This document shows positions 47,810 to 57,056 of a stretch of DNA of 64,000 bases, piece after piece (the stretch's first letter is position 1; every line of letters begins with the position of its first letter). The position numbers and the translations under genes are program-made. The stretch is from an uncultured bacterium (GTDB lineage: Bacteria > Patescibacteriota > Minisyncoccia > Phycocordibacterales > GWA1-40-21). The stretch lies in assembly GCA_963716205.1 (NCBI GenBank), contig OY970290.1, positions 30,411 through 94,410 of the forward strand, in the 5' to 3' direction. The notes under the pieces are model-generated. The model made no database searches. It was not told the DNA's origin and worked only from the letters and a program-made list of their open reading frames with translations.

Positions 47810-49108
47810 ATGGTGAAAAAATCTCAAGGAAAAAATACCGATATTGCCGATGTCATTGTCATCGGTGGCGGACCGGCAGGGCTCATGGCGGCAGGTATTG
47901 CGGCGAAAAATGGTGCAAAAGTAACACTTATCGAAAAGAATGAGATTATGGGTAAGAAACTGCTTATCTCGGGCGGAGGCAGATGCAATATGACGAATGC
48001 TGAACCTGATGAAAGAATTTTACTTTCCAAATTCGGCAAGAAAGGCAATTTTCTTTTTACCCCTTTTTCTCTGTTTGATAACAATGACGCAATTCGATTT
48101 TTTGAAAAGCTTGGCGTGAAAACCAAAGTGGAAAATAATTTCCGCATTTTTCCGATTTCCGACAAGTCCGCAGATGTTTTGGAAGCATTGGTAAAATATG
48201 CAAAAGAAAATAAAGTGGAATTCAAGCTCGGTGTCGGCGTTGCCCATATCAAAAAAATAAAAAATAAAATCGAGTCAGTTATTTTGGAAAATAATGAAGA
48301 AATTAAAGCAAAAAATTTCATCCTTGCGACGGGCGGGAAGTCGCATCCGGAAACAGGCTCGACAGGAGATGGCTTCAAATGGCTCAAAGAAATTGGACAT
48401 AAAGTTGCCGAGGCAAATCCATCGCTTGTGCCGATCCAAACAAAAGAAAAATGGGTCAGCGACCTCGCTGGAATTACGCTAACAGATGTCGGTGTATCAG
48501 TTTGGTATGATAGCAAAAAAATTATTTCCAAAATCGGCCGCGTACTTTTTACACACAATGGGCTTTCCGGCCCGACCATCATCAATATGAGCAAGATTAT
48601 TTCTGATTTGCTTGAAGGTAATGATTACGAGGATGCAAAAGCGGTAAAAGTAGCGATTGATTTCTTTCCCGGTGTCGGGCTCGATGTCATGCATGAAAAC
48701 ATGATCAAAATATTTGAAGCAAATCCGAAAAAGAAAATTAAAAATCTTGTGTTTAAAGAAGTGCCGGAAAAAGTCTATGCGAAAATTCTTGAAACTATGG
48801 GAATGGACGGCGAATGGTTCGCCAATGAGGTGAAGCGGGCAGAACGGATGGCGATCGTGGATAAATTTAAGAAATTTGAATTCATGGTGGAAAAATTACT
48901 CGGCTATGATAAGGCGATTATTTCAAGTGGAGGAGTAGATTTAGAAGAAGTAGATTTCAAGCATATGCAATCAAAACTTTTTGAGAATTTATTTCTTGTT
49001 GGCGATATTTTAGATTTTGATCGTCCGAGTGGCGGCTATTCACTCCAACTTTGCTGGACGACGGGATATGTTGCCGGTAAAAGTGCTACAGAATTTTTCA
49101 AAAAATAG
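47810..49108 (+). CDS. HI0933/YhiN/BaiN family flavoprotein
   Basis: GGGPAG, GKK..ISGGGRCN.TN, ATGG.S.P.TGSTGDG, LFTH.GLSGP, GGYSLQ. Confidence 0.95.
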   Translation: MVKKSQGKNTDIADVIVIGGGPAGLMAAGIAAKNGAKVTLIEKNEIMGKKLLISGGGRCNMTNAEPDERILLSKFGKKGNFLFTPFSLFDNNDAIRFFEKLGVKTKVENNFRIFPISDKSADVLEALVKYAKENKVEFKLGVGVAHIKKIKNKIESVILENNEEIKAKNFILATGGKSHPETGSTGDGFKWLKEIGHKVAEANPSLVPIQTKEKWVSDLAGITLTDVGVSVWYDSKKIISKIGRVLFTHNGLSGPTIINMSKIISDLLEGNDYEDAKAVKVAIDFFPGVGLDVMHENMIKIFEANPKKKIKNLVFKEVPEKVYAKILETMGMDGEWFANEVKRAERMAIVDKFKKFEFMVEKLLGYDKAIISSGGVDLEEVDFKHMQSKLFENLFLVGDILDFDRPSGGYSLQLCWTTGYVAGKSATEFFKK

Positions 49109-49173
49109 TTTTGACAATATTTTTGGTAGGTGTAATATCGAAATAGGAAGTTCAAAAAATAACGGAGGTTCAC

Positions 49174-49290
49174 ATGTTTACAACATGGACGATTTATACC
49201 ATAAGTACGGATCCACTTCTTTATGTTTTTCTGACTGCTTTTATTGGAATCGGACTTTGGGCTATCTGGTCTATATATAGATTAAAATAA
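49174..49290 (+). CDS. 38-aa single-TM small protein (not in ORF track)
   Basis: MFTTWTIYTISTDPLLYVFLTAFIGIGLWAIWSIYRLK; SD GGAGGT; TTGACA-16-TAATAT at 49111-49138; hairpin after stop. Confidence 0.7.
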   Translation: MFTTWTIYTISTDPLLYVFLTAFIGIGLWAIWSIYRLK

Positions 49291-49314
49291 AAAACGGATC
49301 TAAACACTCCGTTT

Positions 49315-50262
49315 TTATTTTTCTGGCGAAATAATTTTATACAAACTTGGATCTATATTTCTTGTGAAGCAGACATTTCCGATGCCATGTTGCCAGTTTT
49401 GGTTTGTGGTTGGGTCTGGATAAAGTGTCGGTACAGGAACATTTTCATTTTCCGTGCTTGTACTTGCTACTGTTTCAAATGTTGCGCAGAGCTCAAAGCT
49501 ACTGCTTGAAATTTTGCTGTATTCGTATGATGCGCCGGTTTCAGGATCTGTTGGAACAGTGAATCCGCTGATAGGATCATTCAACACAGATAAATTTTCC
49601 GGTACGGTGCCTTTATTTTGCCATTGCGTATACACGATTTGATTTTGAATACTTTCCAAATCACTTACCCTCTGGTCATCAAACATTTTTGCTCTCTGGA
49701 ATGCAGGCGAACCGATGAGAATGATACCGATAACGATTGCCGAAACTCTGACGATAGCCATGAGCCAAATACGAAGTTTCATTATTTTTGAATATTCCGC
49801 GACATTTCTTTTGAGTTCATAAAAACACAATCTAAATGCCATACCAGCAGAACCGAATACCAAGAAAACTTTCAGCAGAAATCGGAGCGTCAAATCTTCC
49901 GCACCGAGAAATTGATAAATCAAAGTTACTAGATCAATAGCGATGGTTAATCCGGCCACAAAAAGTGTCAGATAAATCATCCATTTTCTGATCCAGATTT
50001 CCTTTTTCTCAGGGTGCGCTTTCAAATCTTGAAACGTGAGGTGCGAAGTATAAAGAAGCGCGGGGAAAAAGATTATGAGTGTCGCAATAGAAGTTCTGAT
50101 TGTGCCGTCAAAACCTGCTGTGTATTCGTTAGCGAGCGGCAAAAGTTTATTAATAATTGCAAATGCGAGTGCAAGGAAACTGACGGTGCTGACATAGAGC
50201 CCGATCACTATTGCCAAATAAAGAAAGAAATCCTTCGCAGTTATTTTTGGTTTGTTGTCCAT
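49315..50262 (-). CDS. Membrane protein, DUF5671-like
   Basis: AKDFFLYL, IRKW.IYLTLF, 5 TM, D..RVSDL..IQ, DPETG..YEY, FELCATF. Confidence 0.8.
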   Translation of the reverse strand: MDNKPKITAKDFFLYLAIVIGLYVSTVSFLALAFAIINKLLPLANEYTAGFDGTIRTSIATLIIFFPALLYTSHLTFQDLKAHPEKKEIWIRKWMIYLTLFVAGLTIAIDLVTLIYQFLGAEDLTLRFLLKVFLVFGSAGMAFRLCFYELKRNVAEYSKIMKLRIWLMAIVRVSAIVIGIILIGSPAFQRAKMFDDQRVSDLESIQNQIVYTQWQNKGTVPENLSVLNDPISGFTVPTDPETGASYEYSKISSSSFELCATFETVASTSTENENVPVPTLYPDPTTNQNWQHGIGNVCFTRNIDPSLYKIISPEK

Positions 50263-50304
50263 GCTAATGGAATTATACCATGATTTTATGCTAGTATTAT
50301 AGGC

Positions 50305-52044
50305 ATGATTCGCGAAATACTTGAAAAATCAATACAGACGACGTTGAAAAAACTCAATATAAATATTACTGATGTAAAAATAACTTTGGAACATCCGGAT
50401 GAATTAACACATGGGGATTATTCGACGAATATTGCAATGGTACTGGCAAAACAAGAGACACAAAACCCTAGAGTACTTGCAGAGAAAATCGTTGCGGAAA
50501 TAAATAAAAATCTGCCGAAAGAAGTTTCAAAAGTGGAAGTTGCCGGTCCGGGATTTATCAATTTTTATTTATCTGATGGCTATTTTATAAAAAGCATCGC
50601 GGAAATTTTGAAAGAAAAGGAAAAATTTGGTGCGAATAAAAATTTGAAAGGTCAGAAAACCATCATTGAATATACTGACCCGAATCCTTTTAAAGAATTT
50701 CATATTGGTCATCTAGTGCCGAACTCAATTGGTGAATCAGTCTCAAGAATTCTTGAAGCAAGCGGAGCGAAAGTCAAACGTGTCTGCTACCAAGGCGATC
50801 TCGGTCTGCATATAGCAAAGGCTATTTATGGCATGCGTCTCCTTGAACTTAATAAGGAAATAATACCAACTGAAAAAGATTCACTTGCACTACGTGCTGC
50901 TTTTTTGGGAAAGGCCTACGCCGCTGGGGCACAAGAACCGGGATCCGGTATTGATAACTGGAAAGTCCAATTGGCTGATCTCAATAAATTGATCTATAAT
51001 CGCTCAAACACTAAAGTGAATCATCTTTATAATATGGGACGAAGATGGAGTCTGGAATATTTTGATACGATTTATAAAGTATTAGGAACGAAATTCGACC
51101 ATTTATTTTTTGAAAGTGAGACACAAGAGCTCGGGAAAGAAATTGTAAAGAAAAATATCGGTAAAGTTTTTGAAAAAGGCGACAATAATTCAATTATTTT
51201 CAAAGGAGAAAATTATGGCTTGCATACGCGCGTGTTCATCAATTCCGAGGGAATCCCGACATACGAAGCAAAAGACCTTGGTCTGGCGAAAAAGAAATAT
51301 GAATATTATCATTACGACAAATCAATCATCGTGACCGGTAATGAGCAGAAAGAATATGCAAAAGTGATGCTGAAAGCTTTGGGTCTGATCTATCCGGAAC
51401 TTGCGGAAAATACTCAGGTAGTTACCAATGGTTTTCTGAGTCTCTCAACCGGAAAAATGTCTTCGAGAACCGGGCAGGTTGTTACGGCGACCTTGTTGAT
51501 TTCTGATACGGAAAAAAAGGTTTTAGAAAAAATGTCAGGCCGGGAATTGACTGACAACGAGAAAAAAGAAATTGCGGAACAGATTGCGGTCGGAGCGATA
51601 AAATATTCCATTCTCAAACAAGTCAATGGCAAAGATATTATTTTCGATTTTGACAAATCACTTTCGTTTGAAGGCGACTCGGGACCGTACCTGCAATATT
51701 CGTATGCTCGTGCAAAATCTATTTTACGAAAAGCGAAAGATGCAAAGATAAAAGGAAATGTGAAAATAAAATCCGGAGAGAAAAAAGAAATAACGGAGCT
51801 GGAAAAAATATTGTATCGATTTCCAGAAGTGGTGGAACGAGCGGGAAGTGAATATTCGCCACACTACATCGCGACATATTTGATCGAGCTTGCATCGTCA
51901 TTCAATGCTTTTTATGCGAAAAATAAAATTGTGGATGAAAAAGACGCTCTCTCGCCGTACAAAGTCGCACTGACGGAAGCATTTTCCATTGTGGTCAAAA
52001 ATGGATTGAATTTGTTGGGGATTCAGGCACCTGAAAGAATGTAA
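50305..52044 (+). CDS. argS: Arginine--tRNA ligase
   Basis: GDYSTN.A, GPGFINF, PNPFKEFHIGH, KMSSRTG, GPYLQY..AR, C-terminal PERM. Confidence 0.98.
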   Translation: MIREILEKSIQTTLKKLNINITDVKITLEHPDELTHGDYSTNIAMVLAKQETQNPRVLAEKIVAEINKNLPKEVSKVEVAGPGFINFYLSDGYFIKSIAEILKEKEKFGANKNLKGQKTIIEYTDPNPFKEFHIGHLVPNSIGESVSRILEASGAKVKRVCYQGDLGLHIAKAIYGMRLLELNKEIIPTEKDSLALRAAFLGKAYAAGAQEPGSGIDNWKVQLADLNKLIYNRSNTKVNHLYNMGRRWSLEYFDTIYKVLGTKFDHLFFESETQELGKEIVKKNIGKVFEKGDNNSIIFKGENYGLHTRVFINSEGIPTYEAKDLGLAKKKYEYYHYDKSIIVTGNEQKEYAKVMLKALGLIYPELAENTQVVTNGFLSLSTGKMSSRTGQVVTATLLISDTEKKVLEKMSGRELTDNEKKEIAEQIAVGAIKYSILKQVNGKDIIFDFDKSLSFEGDSGPYLQYSYARAKSILRKAKDAKIKGNVKIKSGEKKEITELEKILYRFPEVVERAGSEYSPHYIATYLIELASSFNAFYAKNKIVDEKDALSPYKVALTEAFSIVVKNGLNLLGIQAPERM

Positions 52045-52123
52045 AAATACTATTGCTTTTTTAATAAGAAGGAATAGAATTCTATTTAGTTCAGTTGTAC
52101 CATCAACTCTTGAGGAGTTTCAA

Positions 52124-52426
52124 ATGAAAAGGTTAACAAACTGTTTTGTCTGCAAAACAGCGGGAATGATCGATAGCAAAAATGGCGTTACTTGTGGTGA
52201 TCCGAAATGCGACAATAATCTGTCCAGTTGCATCGAGGATTTTGAAATCTGGAAAAAGAAAGAGGCCATTGAGGAAGAAGAACGGATAAAAGAGGAGCTT
52301 AGAGATCTTCAAAAACAAAACAAGGAATTACAGGAAAGCCTTGAGGAAGCAGAGGAAAAGTTCTCTAAATCTAAGAAAGAATTCTTCGAAAATTTGAGAA
52401 AAAAAGTCGAGGAACTCTTTCCGTAA
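52124..52426 (+). CDS. Small Cys-rich protein with coiled coil
   Basis: CxxC...CxxxxC; SD GAGGAG; TTGCTT-16-TAGAAT promoter; terminator 52442-52470. Confidence 0.75.
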   Translation: MKRLTNCFVCKTAGMIDSKNGVTCGDPKCDNNLSSCIEDFEIWKKKEAIEEEERIKEELRDLQKQNKELQESLEEAEEKFSKSKKEFFENLRKKVEELFP

Positions 52427-52508
52427 GAACGCATAATTATGAAGGGCGGTACACTTTGTACTGCCCTTTTTCTTTTCTCAAAAATTGCTACAATGAGAAC
52501 TCAAATAT

Positions 52509-55500
52509 ATGGCTGAAAAAGAAGAGAAAAAACCAGTAACAAAGAGCAAAATTGCCGAACGAGAAGAGGAAATACTGCAGTTTTGGCAGGAAAAGGATAT
52601 CTTCAAAAAAAGTTTGGACAGCGAAAAGCATCCGAAAGGTGAGTTCATATTTTACGATGGTCCGCCGTTTGCGAGCGGTCTTCCGCATTACGGGCATATT
52701 CTCGCCGGCACGATGAAGGATTATGTCGGCAGATACCAGACGATGAACGGTAAGCATGTGCCGCGCCGATGGGGCTGGGATTGCCACGGATTGCCAATAG
52801 AAAACCTAGTCGAAAAGGATCTTGGCTTGAAGTCGAAAAAAGACATTGAGGATTTTGGCATAGAAAAATTCAACGATCTGGCGCGGGAAAAAGTGATGAT
52901 GTACGCCGATGACTGGAAACTAGTCATTCCGCGCATGGGCCGTTTTGTCGATATGGAAAATGATTACCGGACGATGAACCCAACATTTACCGAGACGGTC
53001 TGGTGGATATTCAAGGAGCTTCACAAAAAAGGTCTGGTGTACGAAGGTTTCAAAGCGATGCATCTCTGCCCGCACTGCGGAACAACGCTTTCCAACAATG
53101 AAGTGAACCAGGGATACAAAGATATCACGGATATTTCGGTCGTCGGCAAATTTGAAATGATTGATGAACCCGGCACGTATTTTCTCGCATGGACGACGAC
53201 GCCGTGGACATTGCCCGGCAACGTCGCGCTTGCGGTCAATCCGGATATTGATTATGTGAAAATAAAAATCGGCAACGAGAAATTTATTTTAGCTGAGTCT
53301 CGACTCAGTGTTGTAAAAGAAAAATACGAAGAATTAGAAAAAATTCCTGGTACGGCACTTATTGGACTTTCCTACAAACCGCTGTTTGATTATTACAAAA
53401 ATGTTGACATCAAGGACAAGGAAAACGGTTGGAAAGTATATGGTGCGGATTTCGTGACCATAACGGATGGTACTGGCATTGTGCATATTGCGCCGGCATT
53501 CGGCGAGGACGATATGAAGCTCGGGAAAGAAAAAAAGCTTCCGTTCATCCAGCATGTCGGCATGGACGGCACATTCAAAAAAGAGGTGAAGGATTTTGCC
53601 GGTCAAAAAGTCAAACCGATCGAGAATCCGCAGGCAGCCGATATCGAGATTATCAAATTCCTCGCAGGCAAGGGGACGCTTTTTGCGAAAGAAAAATTCA
53701 CCCACTCGTATCCGCATTGCTATCGGTGTGATACACCGCTTCTCAACTACGCGGCAAGCTCATGGTTCGTCGAGATCGCAAAATTCAAAGACAAGCTGAT
53801 CGAGGTGAATAAAAAGATCACGTGGGTGCCGAATGATTTGGGCGAAGGACGTTTCGGCAAACTTCTCGAATCCGCGCCGGATTGGGCGATCTCACGCAGC
53901 CGTTTCTGGGGGGCACCGATGCCAGTCTGGCGATGTCAGAATGAAAAATGTAAAGAAACCGAATTCATTGGTTCGGTGGATGAGATCAAAAAACATACGA
54001 CGAGAAATAATACTTTTCTCGTTGTTCGTCACGGCGAAGCGGAAAGCAATGTGCTGAAAATTTTAAGCTCAAATCCAAAGGCAATCAATCATCTGACAGA
54101 AAATGGCAGGGAACACGCAGTTGTTGCTGCACAAAATCTGAAGGGAAAGAAAATTGATGCCATCTATTGTTCGCCATTCATGCGCACTAAAGAGACCGCG
54201 GAGATTATCGCTGAAAAAATTGGTTTTCCGAAAGATAAAATTATTTATGATGAGCGATTGCATGAACTTTTCGGCGGAATACTTGACGGAAAGCCGGACT
54301 CGGAGTATCAGGCATTTTTCGGCTCGCGATTTGAGAAATTCTGGAAAACACCGGAAGGCGGGGAAAATTATACGACGGTTAAAAACAGAATGACGGAATT
54401 TTTATATGAAATTAACGGCAAACATGAAGGGAAACACATTCTGATTATCAGCCACAATACGCCAATCTGGCTTCTCTTTTCCGGCGCGGCAGGACTTGAT
54501 CAAAAACAGACTGTGAGAACCCGAACAAAACTCAATTTCATAGAAAATTCCGAGATTCGCGAGCTTTCTTTTGCACCCATTCCGCACAATCGTAATTATG
54601 AGCTCGATTTGCACCGCCCATTTATTGATGAGGTCACACTGAAATGCAAATGTGACGATATTATGAAGAGAATTCCGGAAGTGTTTGATTGCTGGTTTGA
54701 ATCCGGATCGATGCCATACGGCGAAATGCACTATCCATTTGAAAATCTGGATAGATTTGATCCGAAAAAACATCTTGGTTTTCCGGCAGATTTTATTGCA
54801 GAAGGGATTGACCAGACGCGAGGATGGTTCTACTCCATGCTTGTCGTTTCCGTTGCACTTTTTGGCGAAGCATCATACAAAAGCGTTATTGCCAACGGCA
54901 TTGTTCTTGCCGAGGATGGTTTGAAAATGGCGAAAAAATTGAAAAATTATACCGACCCGGTGCTTCTCGCTGACAAATATAGTGCTGATGCCATCAGATA
55001 TTATCTGCTGTCTTCTCCCGCGGTCCATGCAGAGGATTTAAAATTTTCCGACAAGGGGGTTGATGAAGTTTTGAAAAAAGTCATCATGCGGTTTTCCAAT
55101 GTCTACTCATTTTTTGAAATGTATGCTGGTTTTGATGCGGATTTCAGCAAAAAAGTCGAGTCAAAGAATATTCTCGATATTTGGATTCTTGCCAGACTGA
55201 AAGAAACGGCGTTTCAAATCACGAAAGCGACGGATGCGTATGAGCTTGATCGTGCTACGCGGCCGATCGCGGATTTTGTCGATGATATTTCCACGTGGTT
55301 TTTGAGAAGATCCCGGGACAGGTTCAAATCCGAAGATGCGGAAGATAAAAATTCCGCTATGCAGACAACGCGGACAATTATTCTGGAATTTTCCAAGCTT
55401 CTTGCGCCGTCCATGCCATTTATCGCCGAAGATTTGTATTTGAAAATCACCGGTGGGCTTGAAAAAGAAAGCGTGCATTTGGAAAATTGGCCGGAATATT

Positions 55501-56015
55501 TGCTCAGTGAATTGACCGAGGAAGAAATAAAAATTCTGGAAAATATGAAAGAAGTCAGAAGCACTGTTTCTTTAGGGCTTGAAGCAAGGGCAAAAGCCGG
55601 AATAAAAGTCCGCCAGCCGCTTTCAAGTTTGAAAGTCAAAAATGAAAAATTAAAAAATAATGAGAAGTATCTTGAACTCATTCAAGATGAAATCAATGTC
55701 AAAGAAATTATTTTTGGTACGGATATCACAGGAGATGTCGAGCTTGATTTGAATATGACAACTGAATTAAAAGAGGAGGGAATGATGCGCGATATTATCC
55801 GGGCGATCCAAGAATTGAGAAAAAATAACAAACTCAATCCGGGAGATATCGTGAGCTTGGCGGTTGAAGCTGATGAGACGGGCAAAAATTTGATTAAAAA
55901 ATTTGAGGAGGATATTTCAAAAGCTGCCGGATTGAAAAAAATCAGTTTTGAAAAAACGGAAAATGGTAGTAGAATTGCATTTGAAAATATAACAATTTTA
56001 TTGGCAATCAAATAA
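52509..56015 (+). CDS. ileS: Isoleucine--tRNA ligase (type 2) with inserted histidine-phosphatase domain
   Basis: DGPPFASGLPHYGH, GWDCHGLP, WTTTPWTLP, GTGIVH.APAFG, W.ISR.RFWG, EG.DQTRGWFY, KMAKK. Confidence 0.96.
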   Translation: MAEKEEKKPVTKSKIAEREEEILQFWQEKDIFKKSLDSEKHPKGEFIFYDGPPFASGLPHYGHILAGTMKDYVGRYQTMNGKHVPRRWGWDCHGLPIENLVEKDLGLKSKKDIEDFGIEKFNDLAREKVMMYADDWKLVIPRMGRFVDMENDYRTMNPTFTETVWWIFKELHKKGLVYEGFKAMHLCPHCGTTLSNNEVNQGYKDITDISVVGKFEMIDEPGTYFLAWTTTPWTLPGNVALAVNPDIDYVKIKIGNEKFILAESRLSVVKEKYEELEKIPGTALIGLSYKPLFDYYKNVDIKDKENGWKVYGADFVTITDGTGIVHIAPAFGEDDMKLGKEKKLPFIQHVGMDGTFKKEVKDFAGQKVKPIENPQAADIEIIKFLAGKGTLFAKEKFTHSYPHCYRCDTPLLNYAASSWFVEIAKFKDKLIEVNKKITWVPNDLGEGRFGKLLESAPDWAISRSRFWGAPMPVWRCQNEKCKETEFIGSVDEIKKHTTRNNTFLVVRHGEAESNVLKILSSNPKAINHLTENGREHAVVAAQNLKGKKIDAIYCSPFMRTKETAEIIAEKIGFPKDKIIYDERLHELFGGILDGKPDSEYQAFFGSRFEKFWKTPEGGENYTTVKNRMTEFLYEINGKHEGKHILIISHNTPIWLLFSGAAGLDQKQTVRTRTKLNFIENSEIRELSFAPIPHNRNYELDLHRPFIDEVTLKCKCDDIMKRIPEVFDCWFESGSMPYGEMHYPFENLDRFDPKKHLGFPADFIAEGIDQTRGWFYSMLVVSVALFGEASYKSVIANGIVLAEDGLKMAKKLKNYTDPVLLADKYSADAIRYYLLSSPAVHAEDLKFSDKGVDEVLKKVIMRFSNVYSFFEMYAGFDADFSKKVESKNILDIWILARLKETAFQITKATDAYELDRATRPIADFVDDISTWFLRRSRDRFKSEDAEDKNSAMQTTRTIILEFSKLLAPSMPFIAEDLYLKITGGLEKESVHLENWPEYLLSELTEEEIKILENMKEVRSTVSLGLEARAKAGIKVRQPLSSLKVKNEKLKNNEKYLELIQDEINVKEIIFGTDITGDVELDLNMTTELKEEGMMRDIIRAIQELRKNNKLNPGDIVSLAVEADETGKNLIKKFEEDISKAAGLKKISFEKTENGSRIAFENITILLAIK

Positions 56016-56025
56016 TCAAAAATAT

Positions 56026-56421
56026 ATGAATTTTGAAAATTATAATGCAACATTGGAAAGACCAGTTACGCCCGAATGGAGTGCTGTCGCAAAAAAATTG
56101 TCACGAGCGAATATTGCCCTTGAAGAATTTGGTAAACTGAATCAGCATTTTGATGCAAAAGAACTTCCAAACATGCATGATTTTGTCGATTTTAAAAACG
56201 CTCTTCAGCTTGCTATCAAAGCATGCGAACAAACAAAAGACGAAACTTTGCAAAAACTTGGAAGAAATCTTATTGAATTTCGCACGCTTTATTTCGCTAA
56301 AAAGTTTGATGAATTTTCCCAATTAAAAGCCACATATGAAGAGCTGTCATCAATACCCGAAATAGATGGACTTGTGAAGATGGAAATAGAAAAGATACAA
56401 GGAGATGCTATTGTGGCATAG
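56026..56421 (+). CDS. Hypothetical helical protein
   Basis: 131-aa ORF tiling the gap between ileS and recO. Confidence 0.7.
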   Translation: MNFENYNATLERPVTPEWSAVAKKLSRANIALEEFGKLNQHFDAKELPNMHDFVDFKNALQLAIKACEQTKDETLQKLGRNLIEFRTLYFAKKFDEFSQLKATYEELSSIPEIDGLVKMEIEKIQGDAIVA

Positions 56422-56433
56422 GTAAAAAATATT

Positions 56434-57018
56434 GTGCACCATATCTACACCACGAGAGCCATTATTATAAAAAGTCTGCCGCACGGCGAGGCGAATAAGA
56501 TATATTTTCTTTTGACCAAAGATCTCGGATTCATCAGGGCGAGCGCGCAAGGTGTGCGGCTCGACAAATCAAAACTCAAAGGTCATCTGGAAGATTTTTC
56601 CGTTATTTCTCTTTCTGCCGTCCGCGGCAAAGAAATCTGGCGCGTAACGAGCGCGGAGACGATATGCCGGAGTACTTTTTTGAAAAATCCGGAGAAACTT
56701 TCCATTGCAAAAAATATTTTTTCCCTGCTTCTCCGCCTGCTTGCTGGCGAAGAAAAGAACGAAATCCTTTTCAATTGCATCGATTCGTTTTTTATTTTTT
56801 TGGCGGAACAGCAACTTTCAGTTAAGCAGTTGAAAAATTTGGAAATATTGACCGTACTCCGCGTACTGCATCATCTTGGATATTTGAAAGAGTCTTCGGA
56901 TTTGTCGCCGTTTGTCTCAGATGATGCGTTGTCGGAAGAGTTTCTCGCTGAAGTAAATGAAAAAATGAGAATCGCACTGTATCAAATAAACGAAGCCCTG
57001 AACAATACAAATCTGTAA
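56434..57018 (+). CDS. recO: DNA repair protein RecO
   Basis: AIIIK..PHGEANK...LT.DLG.I.A.AQGVR..KSKL; L..LGY; GTG start. Confidence 0.88.
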   Translation: MHHIYTTRAIIIKSLPHGEANKIYFLLTKDLGFIRASAQGVRLDKSKLKGHLEDFSVISLSAVRGKEIWRVTSAETICRSTFLKNPEKLSIAKNIFSLLLRLLAGEEKNEILFNCIDSFFIFLAEQQLSVKQLKNLEILTVLRVLHHLGYLKESSDLSPFVSDDALSEEFLAEVNEKMRIALYQINEALNNTNL

Positions 57019-57056
57019 TTTTGCCATCCCGTTGTGGTATAATATCTTGCACGAGT

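Noticed and set aside
47824-48594. 256-aa antisense ORF and many similar antisense ORFs in the track
   Set aside because: Lie opposite well-supported genes; no motifs or expression signals
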